A stretch of 64,000 bases of DNA from Octopus sinensis (Eukaryota). Of the stretch, positions 12,841-24,239 are shown in pieces; the stretch's first letter is position 1, and every line of letters starts with the position of its first letter. The notes under the pieces were generated by a model. The model did not search any database and was not told the origin of the DNA. It saw only the letters and a list, made by a program, of their open reading frames with translations. The translations under genes were made by a program, and so were the position numbers. The stretch lies in the NCBI RefSeq assembly GCF_006345805.1, contig NC_043001.1, positions 41,850,001-41,914,000 of the forward strand. Reading direction: 5' to 3'.

Positions 12841-14469
12841 CTACCAAAGAAAATTTTAAAAAGTGATAAAAATAGTGTAAGACCCCAATCCAGCAAAGGG
12901 AATAGTCATTATAGTTAACAGAAAAAAAAGCAATCAATCCAAGTGTTGCAGAGTCAGTTAAAAAGTTTAAATTTGACAGAACAGGCTAGAATAAAAAGAT
13001 TTGAATAAAAATGTCTATGACAAACTAGAAGCTGCCAAATTCAATAGCATTTGATAAAAAAAAATCTCAATTACAGATACAAAATAAACAGCAACTTAAG
13101 ATAGAATAAGCACTCAAATAATGTAGGCCTTCTCAAGAAAACTAGCTAGAGTTAAACTTTATGATAAATAATTTAGGAGACAATTGGTACAGTAAATGGA
13201 ATAAGTGCTAGCAAAATCTCTAGAATGTAAAGTGGATGGAAAACTTTTTGTATACTGCTAGCAGTATACAAATTCTGTTTTCATAAAAGAAATAAATTAG
13301 TTGAATATATTTCTCAAGGCATAGTGCATCCCATATAGAAACTACATAGTAAACTTACAACAATTAGAGAAGGATGAATTAAAGATGATTTGTTAAATGC
13401 ACTGCATCAAACTTGACAATTTTATTGAATGCATGCAAGTTAAGAAATGCTTAGATAAACACCATTGGGTTGATGAGGGAAGACTACATTAGTGTGAAAG
13501 TATAGTGAAATAAAAAGATGCTTGATGAGTGAGTGCAAAAGTATTTCAATGATAGCCAAAAAGACAAGATAAAATTAAGTTAAATAGATGACACAGACAA
13601 CCTTAGAATATATGGGTTTTATGAATGAAATACTGCAAGAACAAGACATATTTTACACTGTGGTATCAAGTTTCAGTATATGTATTAGGAGGTTTCACAA
13701 ATTGGTTTATAATATAAGCAAACATACTACTTCCATAATAGGGTTTCAGGAAGAAAACAAAATGTCATTATTATGAAAAGAGAGGCTCTACACTCACTAA
13801 AATGCTGTATTCATTAATGAGTTAAAACTAAAAAATTGAAGCGTGTACTGTCTATATTCTTTTATTCTAAATCAGTATAGTTTCAAACAGTAAAATGCCC
13901 TTGAGCTTTTATTCAAATACACATTTTGTGGCACATAAAAAGCACCATTCAAGCAATGGGCCACATGAAGATAGTGACAGGTGACTGAGATCTTTGGTGA
14001 TATACCATGTGTGTGAAGACCTGTCAAGCCAAGCAAGACTGTAGCCATGGCTGATGCTAATGTCACATCAATGGCACCCATGCCAGTGGCACGTAAAAAG
14101 TACCACTACACACTTGGAGTGGTTGGCATTAGGAAGGGCATCCAGCCATAGAAACCATGCCAAATCAGATTGGAACCTAGTGCAGCGCCCTGGCTTACCA
14201 GTTTTCAATCAAAGCGTCCAAACCACCCCAGCATGGAAAATGGATGTTAAATGATGATGATGATGATGATGCAGTTTACTAAACATAAAGTCAGATCAGT
14301 AAATTTAAACTGATGCCTAATTATTTTGCTGGTACCAACCAATAGACTGGAGTTATACTGGCACGCTACCCTAGTTAATGTTTTGAGATTACAATTTGGA
14401 AGGTGAAACCTGTATGGAAGCTCATTGTAAGTGTGTGTATATGTTTGTATATATGTGTTAGTATCCATG

Positions 14470-15195
14470 TTTGTTATTTACATTATTTACATTTGTTATT
14501 TACCTAAGGTATTTTTCAATGTTGTTGTTATTCAGGTCACTGCCTGGAATCAAACTTGGAATCTTGGGATTAGTAGCCTGTACTCATAACCACTACGCTA
14601 TATGCCCACGGGCAATTATGGAGTTAATTTTAGGGCTTTCGTCGACAAACATCACAAAGCTGTGACACGAGGAGATATTGATAAATCGGGTATAGCTGAT
14701 CATGTATGGAAAAATGGAGACCGCCCCCCATGGGATGAAGTTAAAATAATAGACAGAGAACACCACTGGAAAATATGAAAACTAAAAGAAGCAACACATA
14801 TGCTAGGACACAACAACCTCCTAAGCAGACCGAGTGCAGATATGAGTAGCATATGGGAACCGGTATTAAGGAAGGATAGAAAAATATTAGATTTATAAGC
14901 CCTAAAATTCACTCCAGAATTGTCCACGGGCATATAGCATAGTGGTTAAGAGCATGGGCTACTAATCCCAAGATTCCGAGTTTGATTCCAGGCAGTGACC
15001 TGAATAACGACAACATTGAAAAATACCTTAGGAATGAGAATCCAGGTTCCAAATTTCCCCAAGACGCCTAATAAAGGCTGGAGGGTATATCTGCCAAAAT
15101 GTTGTGTTAACAACAAACAAGATGAGGACAAATATCCGTCAAATGTAAATAAAGTACACAATTCCTCATCTCTTAAATATAGAACTGTAGTGTCC
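14470..15195 (+). mobile_element. Penelope-like element 3' portion (GIY-YIG C-terminus + terminal repeat) with upstream inverted repeat copy
   Basis: HHKAVTRGDIDKSGIADHVWK...WDEVKIID..HHWK..KLKEA..LSRPS-like residues; 14503-14638 is the reverse complement of ~14897-15032; tRNA-like segment at 14928-15000; decayed hammerhead at 15063-15108. Confidence 0.75.
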
Positions 15196-16757
15196 ATGTT
15201 TGCTTATGTCCTGTAATGTGGTTTGTCAAGTAGACATTAATAAAACAAGTACCAGGCTTGAAAATAAGTACTGGCATTGATACATCAACTAAGCCTTCCA
15301 TATGGCTGTAGTTCATTGACTGAAGTTATTAAAAGAATAAATTTTAAAGCTCAAGAGAAGGATATGTTTTGTAAAGTTGCAATATCATCAATATAATTGA
15401 TGCTGGTATATTATTGCCACTAACTGCCTTTTGAGAGATGAAACACTCCAGTTCAACTTGATCTCAGTCTAGCATCTCTGTCATTGTTTACAAATATTAC
15501 AATATTGAATCTATAAGTCTAAGAGGTAAATAAGCTCATAACAACCTAGTTTTGGTTCCAAGTTAGAGACATATACGTCATTTGTGCTATGAACATCAGT
15601 GAGAAAACAATTTTACAACCTCCCCATTTCCTCTATAAATCTCACAAGCAACTTAACATATCAACATTGAATTTATATCATATGTTTTATAATTATAGCA
15701 TTTTGGTGATATTTCTAAGGTAGACTGAAAATACTGTGCATGAAGCACTAGTGATTTAACGAGTAAAGAATAAATTATAAATTTGAGTTTTAAGCATAAT
15801 TTTACAACCTACTGTCAGAATTCATTGTACATATGTTTTTCCATGTAGGCAAATGTTGGAGGGATTTGCAGTAGAGCATCCCTCCATATGTCTTGGATTC
15901 TTCCCTGAATCTTGACACATCTAGTATGTTTCCAAGTACATGGTTTTGATTAACTGGATTCTCATCCTATCAACAATTGAGTCAACTGAGTTTTATGAGG
16001 CACTTATACCATGGAAGTTCTGTAGCAGAAACATGATAACTCTTGACCTTTAGTTACCCACGTAGTGGCATTTTACTTTTAGCTGCCTATTTTTGGTTCA
16101 TCACATGACAGTCAAGTCTATTTAGCTTTACGTGGACTGTCTGTCCCTTATGTGATAGACTAGCCAAGCGCCCCTTTTCAGCTATTTAAGGGACAATTTT
16201 CCCCAATTTAGATCTTAACATACTTTAAACCGCATTTAATACAACCACACATCATTGCTAAAGTTTTTTTTATTAGACTTCTCTATGAAAGAATTGCTTT
16301 TATTATGAATAGTAGCATCAATAATATAAAGCTTCCAAGCCCATGAAATAAACACAAACAATCAGATATATATTTCAGATAGCAGTATAAGAAATTCTTC
16401 ATTCAGTCTAACTTTGGTTACACTAGCTTAACTTTTACAAACAAAATGAAACAAGTGAGATGTCTTTATTGTAGAAATTATTGATAGAAGAATTGTACAT
16501 CTAGGAGCTGCCTTCATTGTTTTAACATTTCTATGTTACATTTATTTCCCCAAGAATAGGAAAGAGAAACAGAACGTCATAGCTTAGGCTCATCCTTAAT
16601 AAGCATGGTAGAGTAAGCTCATGTTCACTGTGTAATTTAACTCTTGCTACTCTATTTTTCAATAACAGTATGAATGAAAAAAATAAAGCACTGACATTTT
16701 CACATGATCAAAAAATGCAAAGGAAAATACAAAATGAAGGAAGAAAGTGTTTACTAC

Positions 16758-16911
16758 CGTATATCTTCTTCATTTTCAGGAAAACTCCAAAAAGCAATCC
16801 TGAGTTGAAGTTGATCTGGAACAGGCTGTCGGAAATTTTCAACAACTTCAAAAGGAATGTGGCAAGCAACAGCCTGTGCAGACATTTCCACCAGTGTCAC
16901 AATCTTGTCTC
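16758..16911 (-). CDS. ZSWIM8: ZSWIM8 coding exon 2
   Basis: tttgcag acceptor; (G)DKIVTLVEMSAQAVACHIPFEVVENFRQPVPDQLQLRIAFWSFPENEEDI(R); GT donor; 154 nt, phase 1 to 2. Confidence 0.93.
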
Positions 16912-17711
16912 CTGCAAAGAAATAAAAGATATTACTATTTTCACAAACACTTCATACTTCATAAAATCTTGAGGTGACTACTAATGAGTCTAGTTTGAGT
17001 AAGTACATTATAAATATTCACACTGAGATAGCCATACCTGTATTACAAAAGTAAATAAATATCTAAAAAACACTTCTAACATAAAAACTCTATGACCAAT
17101 ACATTTCCATGTTCATTAATTAGAATGACGTGGTATATGTACAGGATGTGTATATACATATCACATCCATTATTACACTTTACACACTAGAGATTCCTTC
17201 CACTGTACTTATATATGCACTTGAATGTTCTCCCTGCAATCTTTTTACATTGGGCAAACTGGCCACTGACTAAGTTCACACAATGTTATAGTGACATCTG
17301 ACTTGGCAACAAGTCTCCTATCTCTTGACATTTCCACCCAATACCTCTTGAACTTCATCATGGCTACACTTGAGCCCTTCCACCATTTGACTCCTGAAGG
17401 AACAGGAGCTCAGTTTCTCTCTCCAAACCTATAGTTCTTTTAGTATTAACTCTCCTTTGAAATTCTTCAAGTCCTCTTTCTCCTGCTCTTATCCCATATC
17501 ACTCCCACCCACCGTTTACCCTCAATACACTTACACCTTTACCACTCTACAATTTCACATGCCATCACAACTTTCACATACACACAACTCATCTCCACTT
17601 CCTTGCCTCCTTAACACCTTGCACACCAGCATGTCCACAAAAATCCTCTTACATCCCTCACTAGAATACATAATTTATATATATAATGCATACACACGCA
17701 CACATATATAT

Positions 17712-18046
17712 ATGTGTGCATTATGTGGTCGGTTGAGCTGAAAATATGCACACCTATGTTAAAAGTGCTGGCGAGTTTGTATGGCAACTATTTTTTCCCT
17801 CAAATGAAAGGCGTGACCTCTAGGACAAAATTCCTCATCTTATAAGTAGACCCAAATGAAATTGGGTTATATTAACCAAAATGTGAAAAGGGGTCTAAAT
17901 GGGGCTGGAAGGGGATTAAAATTTACAGGAGCGGGTGTTTAGGAATTCTCTGTTACATCAAGCTAAAAAAATTTGCGCCAGCCTTTTAATCGTCAATGTG
18001 TTGCCGTTCATGATGAAGAAGTTTTGAATGCTTGTCATGGTGAGTC
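17712..18046 (+). repeat. Direct repeat of 21631-21977 (5' part of the Helitron-like element)
   Basis: ~335 vs 347 bp, about 12 substitutions plus a 12-bp indel, by eye. Confidence 0.93.
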
Positions 18047-21000
18047 AGATCTGGCAGTGTTTCTACAGCTGGATGCCCTTCCTAACGCCAACCACTCCGA
18101 GAGTGTAGTGGGTGATTTTATGTGCCACCGACACAGGTGCCAGACGAGGCTGGCGAACGGCCACGCTCGGATGGTGTTTTTATGTGCCACCGACACAGGT
18201 GCCAGACGAGGCTGGCAGACGGCCACGCTCGGATGGTGTTTTTATGTGCCACCGACACAGGTGCCAGACGAGGCTGGCAGACGGCCACACTCGGATGGTG
18301 TTTTTATGTGCCACCGACACAGGTGCCAGACGAGGCTGGCAGACGGTGTTTGTTACGTGCCCACAGCACGGAGGCCAGTCGATGCGGTACTGGCTACGGT
18401 CCCGTTCGGATGGTTTTCTTATGTGCCACCGGCACTGGTACCACAAGGATACAAATTCCATTGATGTTCATCTATTTTGATTTGGTTTGACTTGATTCGA
18501 TTTGACTTGCCTCAACAGGTCTTCACAAGTGTCACAAGCAGGAAGGTATGCACAGGCGGACTGACTACGCCCCAGGTAGGGGCCACAGGTTATGGCTTCA
18601 CTAGTCTTGCCGGGTCTTCTCACGCACAGCATACTTCCATAGGTCTCGGTCTCTGGTCATTTCCATGGTGAGACCTAATGTTCGAAGGTCGTGCTTCACC
18701 ACCTCGTCCCAGGTTTTCCTGGTCTACCTCTTCCACGGGTTCCCTCAACTGCTAGGGATTGGCACTTTCTCACACTCCTATCTTCATCCATTCTCGCCAC
18801 ATGACCATACCATCGCAATCGTCTCTCTTGCACGCAACAACTGATGCTTCTTAGGTACAACATTTCTCTTAGGGAACTAACACTCTGTCGAGTAAGTACA
18901 CTGACATTATACATCCATCGGAGCATACTGGCTTCATTCCTCATGAGCTTACGCATGTCCTCAGCAGTCACGGCCCATGTTTCACTGCCATGTAGCATGG
19001 CAGTTCGAACACATGCATCATACAGTCTGCCCTTCACTCTGAGCGAGAGGCCTTTAGTCACCAGCAGAGGTAAGAGCTCCCTAAACTTTGCCCAGGCTAT
19101 TCTTATTCTAGCAGTTACACTCTCGGCGCACCCACCCCCACTACTGACTTGGTCACCTAGATAACGGAAGCTATCAACTACTTCTAATTTTTCCCCCTGG
19201 AAAGTGACGGAAGTTGTTTTCTGCAGATTTTCGGAGGTCAATGCTCCCGAGCATCTGCCACATATAAAGACTGTCTTCCCAGTTAGCCTACCTTTGACAT
19301 TGCTGCACCTCTTATGTGTCCATAGCTTACACTGGGTACATCTTATAGAGTTTCTACCTACACCTTTTCTACAGATCGAGCAGGGCCATCTTCCTGAGGA
19401 CATTTGTGGATTGCCTACCTTTCTACTTATTAGTACTTTGGTTTTAGCTAGGTTGACTCTAAGGCCCCTCGATTCTAAACCCTCCTTCCACACCTGGAAC
19501 TTCTCCTCCAGTTCTGATAGTGACTCAGCAATTAGAGCGAGGTCGTCAGCATAGAGGAGCTCCCAGGGGCAACCTGTCTTGAATTCCACTGTTATTGCCT
19601 GGAGGACTATGATAAATAGGAGGGGGCTGAGTACTGAACCCTGGTGGACCCCAACCTCTACTTTGAATTCTTCTGTGTACATGTTGCCAACCCTAACCTT
19701 GCTTACGGCATCTCTGTACATGGCTTGCACAGCCCTCACCAGCCATTCATCTATCCCTAGTTTCCTCATTGACCACCAGATGAGGGATCGGGGGACCCTA
19801 TCAAAGGCTTTCTCCATGTCAACGAAAGCCAGGTACAGGGGCCTATCTTTGGCTAGGTATTTCTCCTGCAGCTGCCTTACCAGGAATATAGCATCAGTGG
19901 TGCTTTTCCCTGGCACAAACCCAAACTGCATCTCATCTAAACTAACTCTCTCTCTAATTTGTTGGGCTATGACCCTCTCCGTAACCTTCATTACCTGATC
20001 CAACAGCTTGATACCTCTGTAATTATTTGTATCTAGGGCATCACCTTTACCTTTGTAGCAGTTGACTAGTACGCTGCTACACCAGTCATTGGGTATGACT
20101 CCTTCGTGTATCACCTGATTAACTATACGGGTGACTAGGCTATAGCCGACACTGCCAGATATTTTGAGCATCTCTGCAGTAATTCCTGATGGGCCTGGGG
20201 CTTTCCCTGTCTTCATGCTTCTAATTGCCTTAGCTACCACGGAACTATCAACTCGTATAGCTGGTCCCTCTGTTGGGTCAATATTCGGCAGACTTTCTTT
20301 ATCCCATTCATTTTCTTTATTCAGCAACCTTTCATAGTGGCATCTCCAAACCTCTCTCTTTGCTTCCTCATTTAGTGCAAGTGAACCATCATCCATGCGA
20401 ACACACTTCTCTCCTACCACATCACGATTCTCTCTCACACACTGTCTTGCAACACGAAATACCTCAAGTCTTTCATCCTCACGGCGCAGAACAATGGCAA
20501 ATTTTTTCTTATCCGCTTCCCCTCTGGCTAAATAAACCTGTCTCCTAGCTTCCCTTCTGGCTGTCTGATACAATTCCCTGCTACCACCGTTCTTCCAGTC
20601 CTTCCAAGCCTGTCTCTTTTGTCTAATAGCCCTGTCAACCACAGTGTTCCACCACCATGTTACTCTGGGTTGAGACGGTACTTTGCTCCATCCACAGATC
20701 TGGTCAGTGACTGTCAGCAGATTGTCCCGTAGAAATCTCCAGTTGTCTTCCACATTAAGTGAAGCTATATCCCCTTCTATTTCGTCAAAGGCTTCGAGTA
20801 GTATGTCTCTAAATCTCTGTCCATTTGCAGGATCTTTAAGCTTCCAGACCCTTCTCCTCCAAGCAGGTCTTCTTCTGGGCAACCATTTAGCTCTGATCCT
20901 AAAGTCGCTGACTACTAATCTATGTTGAGGAGTGCATTCTTCGCCTGGAAAGGTTTTGGCATTTATAATCAGCCCTCTTTCCCTTTTTCTGGCAAGGATG

Positions 21001-21608
21001 TAGTCAATCTGGCTGGTGTGTCTGCCAGAACGGTAGGTGACTAGGTGAGAGGAGAGTTTCCTGAAGTTGGTATTGCAGACCATAAGGTCATTTGCATCGC
21101 AGAACTCCAGCAGCCTGGTTCCCTCCTCATTACGAGAGCCGAAACCATAGCCTCCATGGACGCCATGGAAGCCCCCGACATGCCGTCCGACATGTCCATT
21201 GAAATCACCTGCCACGAAGAGAAGGTCACTGTCATTTGTCAACGAGGTAGTTTGCAATAGGGTGTCATAGAATTGGTCTTTTTGTCCTTCCGGTAGCCCT
21301 GGCTGAGGGGCATATGCCGAGATGATGGTAACTGTCCTGTGGTGAAGAACTAATCTAATTTTAATTACTCTGTCACTTACTCTGACTACCTCAATTACCT
21401 TACCTACCCATTTCTCTGCAAGAAGTATACCCACACCCCCGACCCCGTCAGTGTTCCCTGCCCAGAAAATCTTATACCTGTGTTCCTTGCCTGTGAGGAG
21501 CCTAGCGGAACCTCCTCTCCACCTTACTTCCTGGATACAACATACATCCACACGTCTCCGTTCAAGCAGCTCTACAATCTCTCCAGACCTACCTTTCAAT
21601 GTGCCAAC
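18043..21608 (-). mobile_element. RTE LINE copy 2 with 967-aa APE+RT ORF, lacking the terminal ~100 nt and tail
   Basis: ORF 18696-21599 with QEVRW, GDFN and QHRLVV endonuclease motifs plus RT; a single frameshift at ~18720 near the C-terminus. Confidence 0.95.
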
Positions 21609-22481
21609 TCTATATATATATATATAAATAATGTGTGCATTATGTGGTCGGTTGAGCTGAAAATATGCACACCTATGTTAAAAGTGCTGACAAGTTTGTA
21701 TGGCAACTATTTTTTTTCCTCAAATGAAAGGAGTGACCTCTAGGACAAAATTCCTCATCTTGTAAAATGTGGCCCGAGTAGACCCAAATGAAATCGGGTT
21801 ATATTAACCAAAATGTGAAAAGAGTTCTAAATGGGGCTGGAAGGGGATTAAAATTTACAGGAGTGGGTGTTTAGGAATTCTCTGTTACATCAAGCTAAAA
21901 AATTTGCGCCAGCCTTTAAATCTTCAATGTGTTGCCGTTCACGATGAAGAAGTTTTGAATGCTTGCCATGGTGAGTCTACTGTCGTGAGAAAGAATCACT
22001 TCAAAACTTGGTGTTTAGGAATTTTCTTTTACATCAAATTCAAAATTTTATGCCAGCCGTTAAACTGCCACTATGTTGCTGTCTGCTGTTAAGAAATGCC
22101 AGCCATGATGACTCTACTATCCTCAGATTCTATCCCTTCAAACTTTGGTTTACAATATTTTATTATTTTTATTCAGCTCGCAAGTTTGTTTGTCCTTTTT
22201 AAAAGTTAGTGTTTTGTTGTATGCCTTGAAGCAGACCTTTCCGTTGTCACTGCCTGATATTTATGATTGATCTTTCAACATATTTTCTTTCTTAACTTAC
22301 TCAAGTTCTTTTATTGTTTATAAATGGGAGAGAGATAGATAGAGAAAGATAGATAGTAAGAGAGTGGGAAAATGAAAGAGAAACAAAGAGGGAGAATGTA
22401 GTGATAAAAAAACAGAAAGGAAGCAACAGAAAGTAACAACCACACCCTTACCCATGCGTAGAGCGGGTCACCTTAAGCTAG
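21609..22481 (+). mobile_element. Non-autonomous Helitron-like element
   Basis: 5' TC(TA)nAAAT at 21609; 3' GC-rich hairpin ACCCATGC-GTAGA-GCGGGT (22450-22468), then CTAG (22478-81) followed by T. The base before TC is C, not the expected A. Confidence 0.6.
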
Positions 22482-23203
22482 TTTCTTATAAACGTTAAAA
22501 CCTACATTTTTACATTTAAAATTCAGTTATATAATATTCATCGATAAGATAAGTAACGTTTTTTATTTAACAATATTATTTAATTTTTGAATTGTATTAT
22601 GTTTGATTATCATTATTATTGTTAAAATATAAATTTATATATAGTTTCTTGATAATTACTAGTTACAATATGTATATCTATTTAATTCATTATGTTCATT
22701 ATTATTTTCATAATGTGACTTAACATATTACATATAATTTACTTTGAGAAATAGTTTTGTAAGACAATATATATTTAATAGTTAGAAGGTTTATTTGATA
22801 CATAGTATTACATTTAAGTAAATAAGTTTAATATTAATTGATATTTTGGTCAATTCTATTAGTGAGTGTAATATTAAATCTATATATACTATATATAAAT
22901 TAATAATATAGTAAGTTTATATTATATAATAGGTGTGTATATATTTGTAGCATTTTCTATTTTTAATTCTAATATGCATAGCATGTACTAGTATTATGTA
23001 TATAATTTAACATGAAGATTTTTTAGTATATATTACTTAATTATAATAAGATTTAACTTAGATGTTTATTAAATAGATATATAAATAAATAATTTAATTT
23101 AATGTATATAGATTAAATTATATTTTAGTTTTCACTTAATGTATATTTTGTATCTTTATATATATATATATTTATTAATATATATATGCATATGTTTTAT
23201 TTA

Positions 23204-23255
<52 letters not shown>

Positions 23256-24239
23256 TTGTTTTAAATAATTTAATTAATTGTATTTTATTTTCTAGTAATG
23301 ATATATTATAGTTTGTTATTCTTTTCTTATATAAATTTTATTTTTATAATAAATATTTATTCTATTTTTATTTACACCAGAATATATTTAAGATATTTCC
23401 TATTTTACAAGATTACATACATATATTTATTTAATTATTTTATTGTTTTTCTCTTTGACCTGAAGAGTGGCTATATTTAAATTGAAATATATACGTATGC
23501 CTTCTCCACGAGATGAGACGCGCCCCTTCATGGCTGCTAGTTTACGTGGGTCGCGATCCCCCCTCTCTGTCTCACTATGTTTTTCTCTATCTCTTCACAT
23601 GGTCTGTCTCCCTATCTCTTTCGATTACCACTCGACAGGACTTCCTACTCCCCTTCCATCACCATGCTATATAAACTAACACACGCATTATAGCTCCCCC
23701 ATTTTCGATTCAAAACTTTTGCTGTAAACTACGAACAGAAGAGATGAATCACAGATAAGCATTCCTTTAAATTCAACCCGTTAACTACCTAGTATTATTT
23801 CTGCGCAATTGATTCACCTTTTTAGTCTATCTCTATTCTGTTTTACTCTGTCTATTTCAGCCTCACGTCTCGTGTTAAATATATATCATTCTATAGTTCC
23901 CCTTACTTATCGATGTCTAAGATAAATTTAGCTCACGCATCTCCCCTAAATCTGCAACATATCTCTCTCTCAATTATGTCTCTTAATACCTACAATGAAG
24001 TATTCCTTCTCCAAAAAATGAGAGGCGCCCCCTCATGGCTGCTAGTTTTCATGGTGCACTCGCCCTCCCACCCCCTCCACCTTTACAGGAAGTCCCAATT
24101 TTGTCATCCCTGGTTGTCTCCCATGTACACTTCAAAAGTCTTACACCACTCCATCCCCTGCTATATAAGGTAGTGATCATACATTGCAAAATATGATAGT
24201 GTAGTGTACGCGGTTTGAACTTAAGTCCACTGTTTGTCT

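Noticed and set aside
14928-15000. tRNA gene
   Set aside because: Cloverleaf is imperfect, B box is mutated, and the segment is embedded and inverted-duplicated within a retroelement; treated as tRNA-derived. The same applies to the SINE heads.
18121-18430. CRISPR-like regular repeats
   Set aside because: Units are head-to-tail with no unique spacers, lie in an RTE 3'UTR of a eukaryotic locus, and there are no cas genes.
19204-19998. Plus-strand 116-139 aa ORFs recurring over RTE copies (also 3394-3813, 25892-26311)
   Set aside because: These are antisense shadows of the RT frame, repeated only because the element is repeated.
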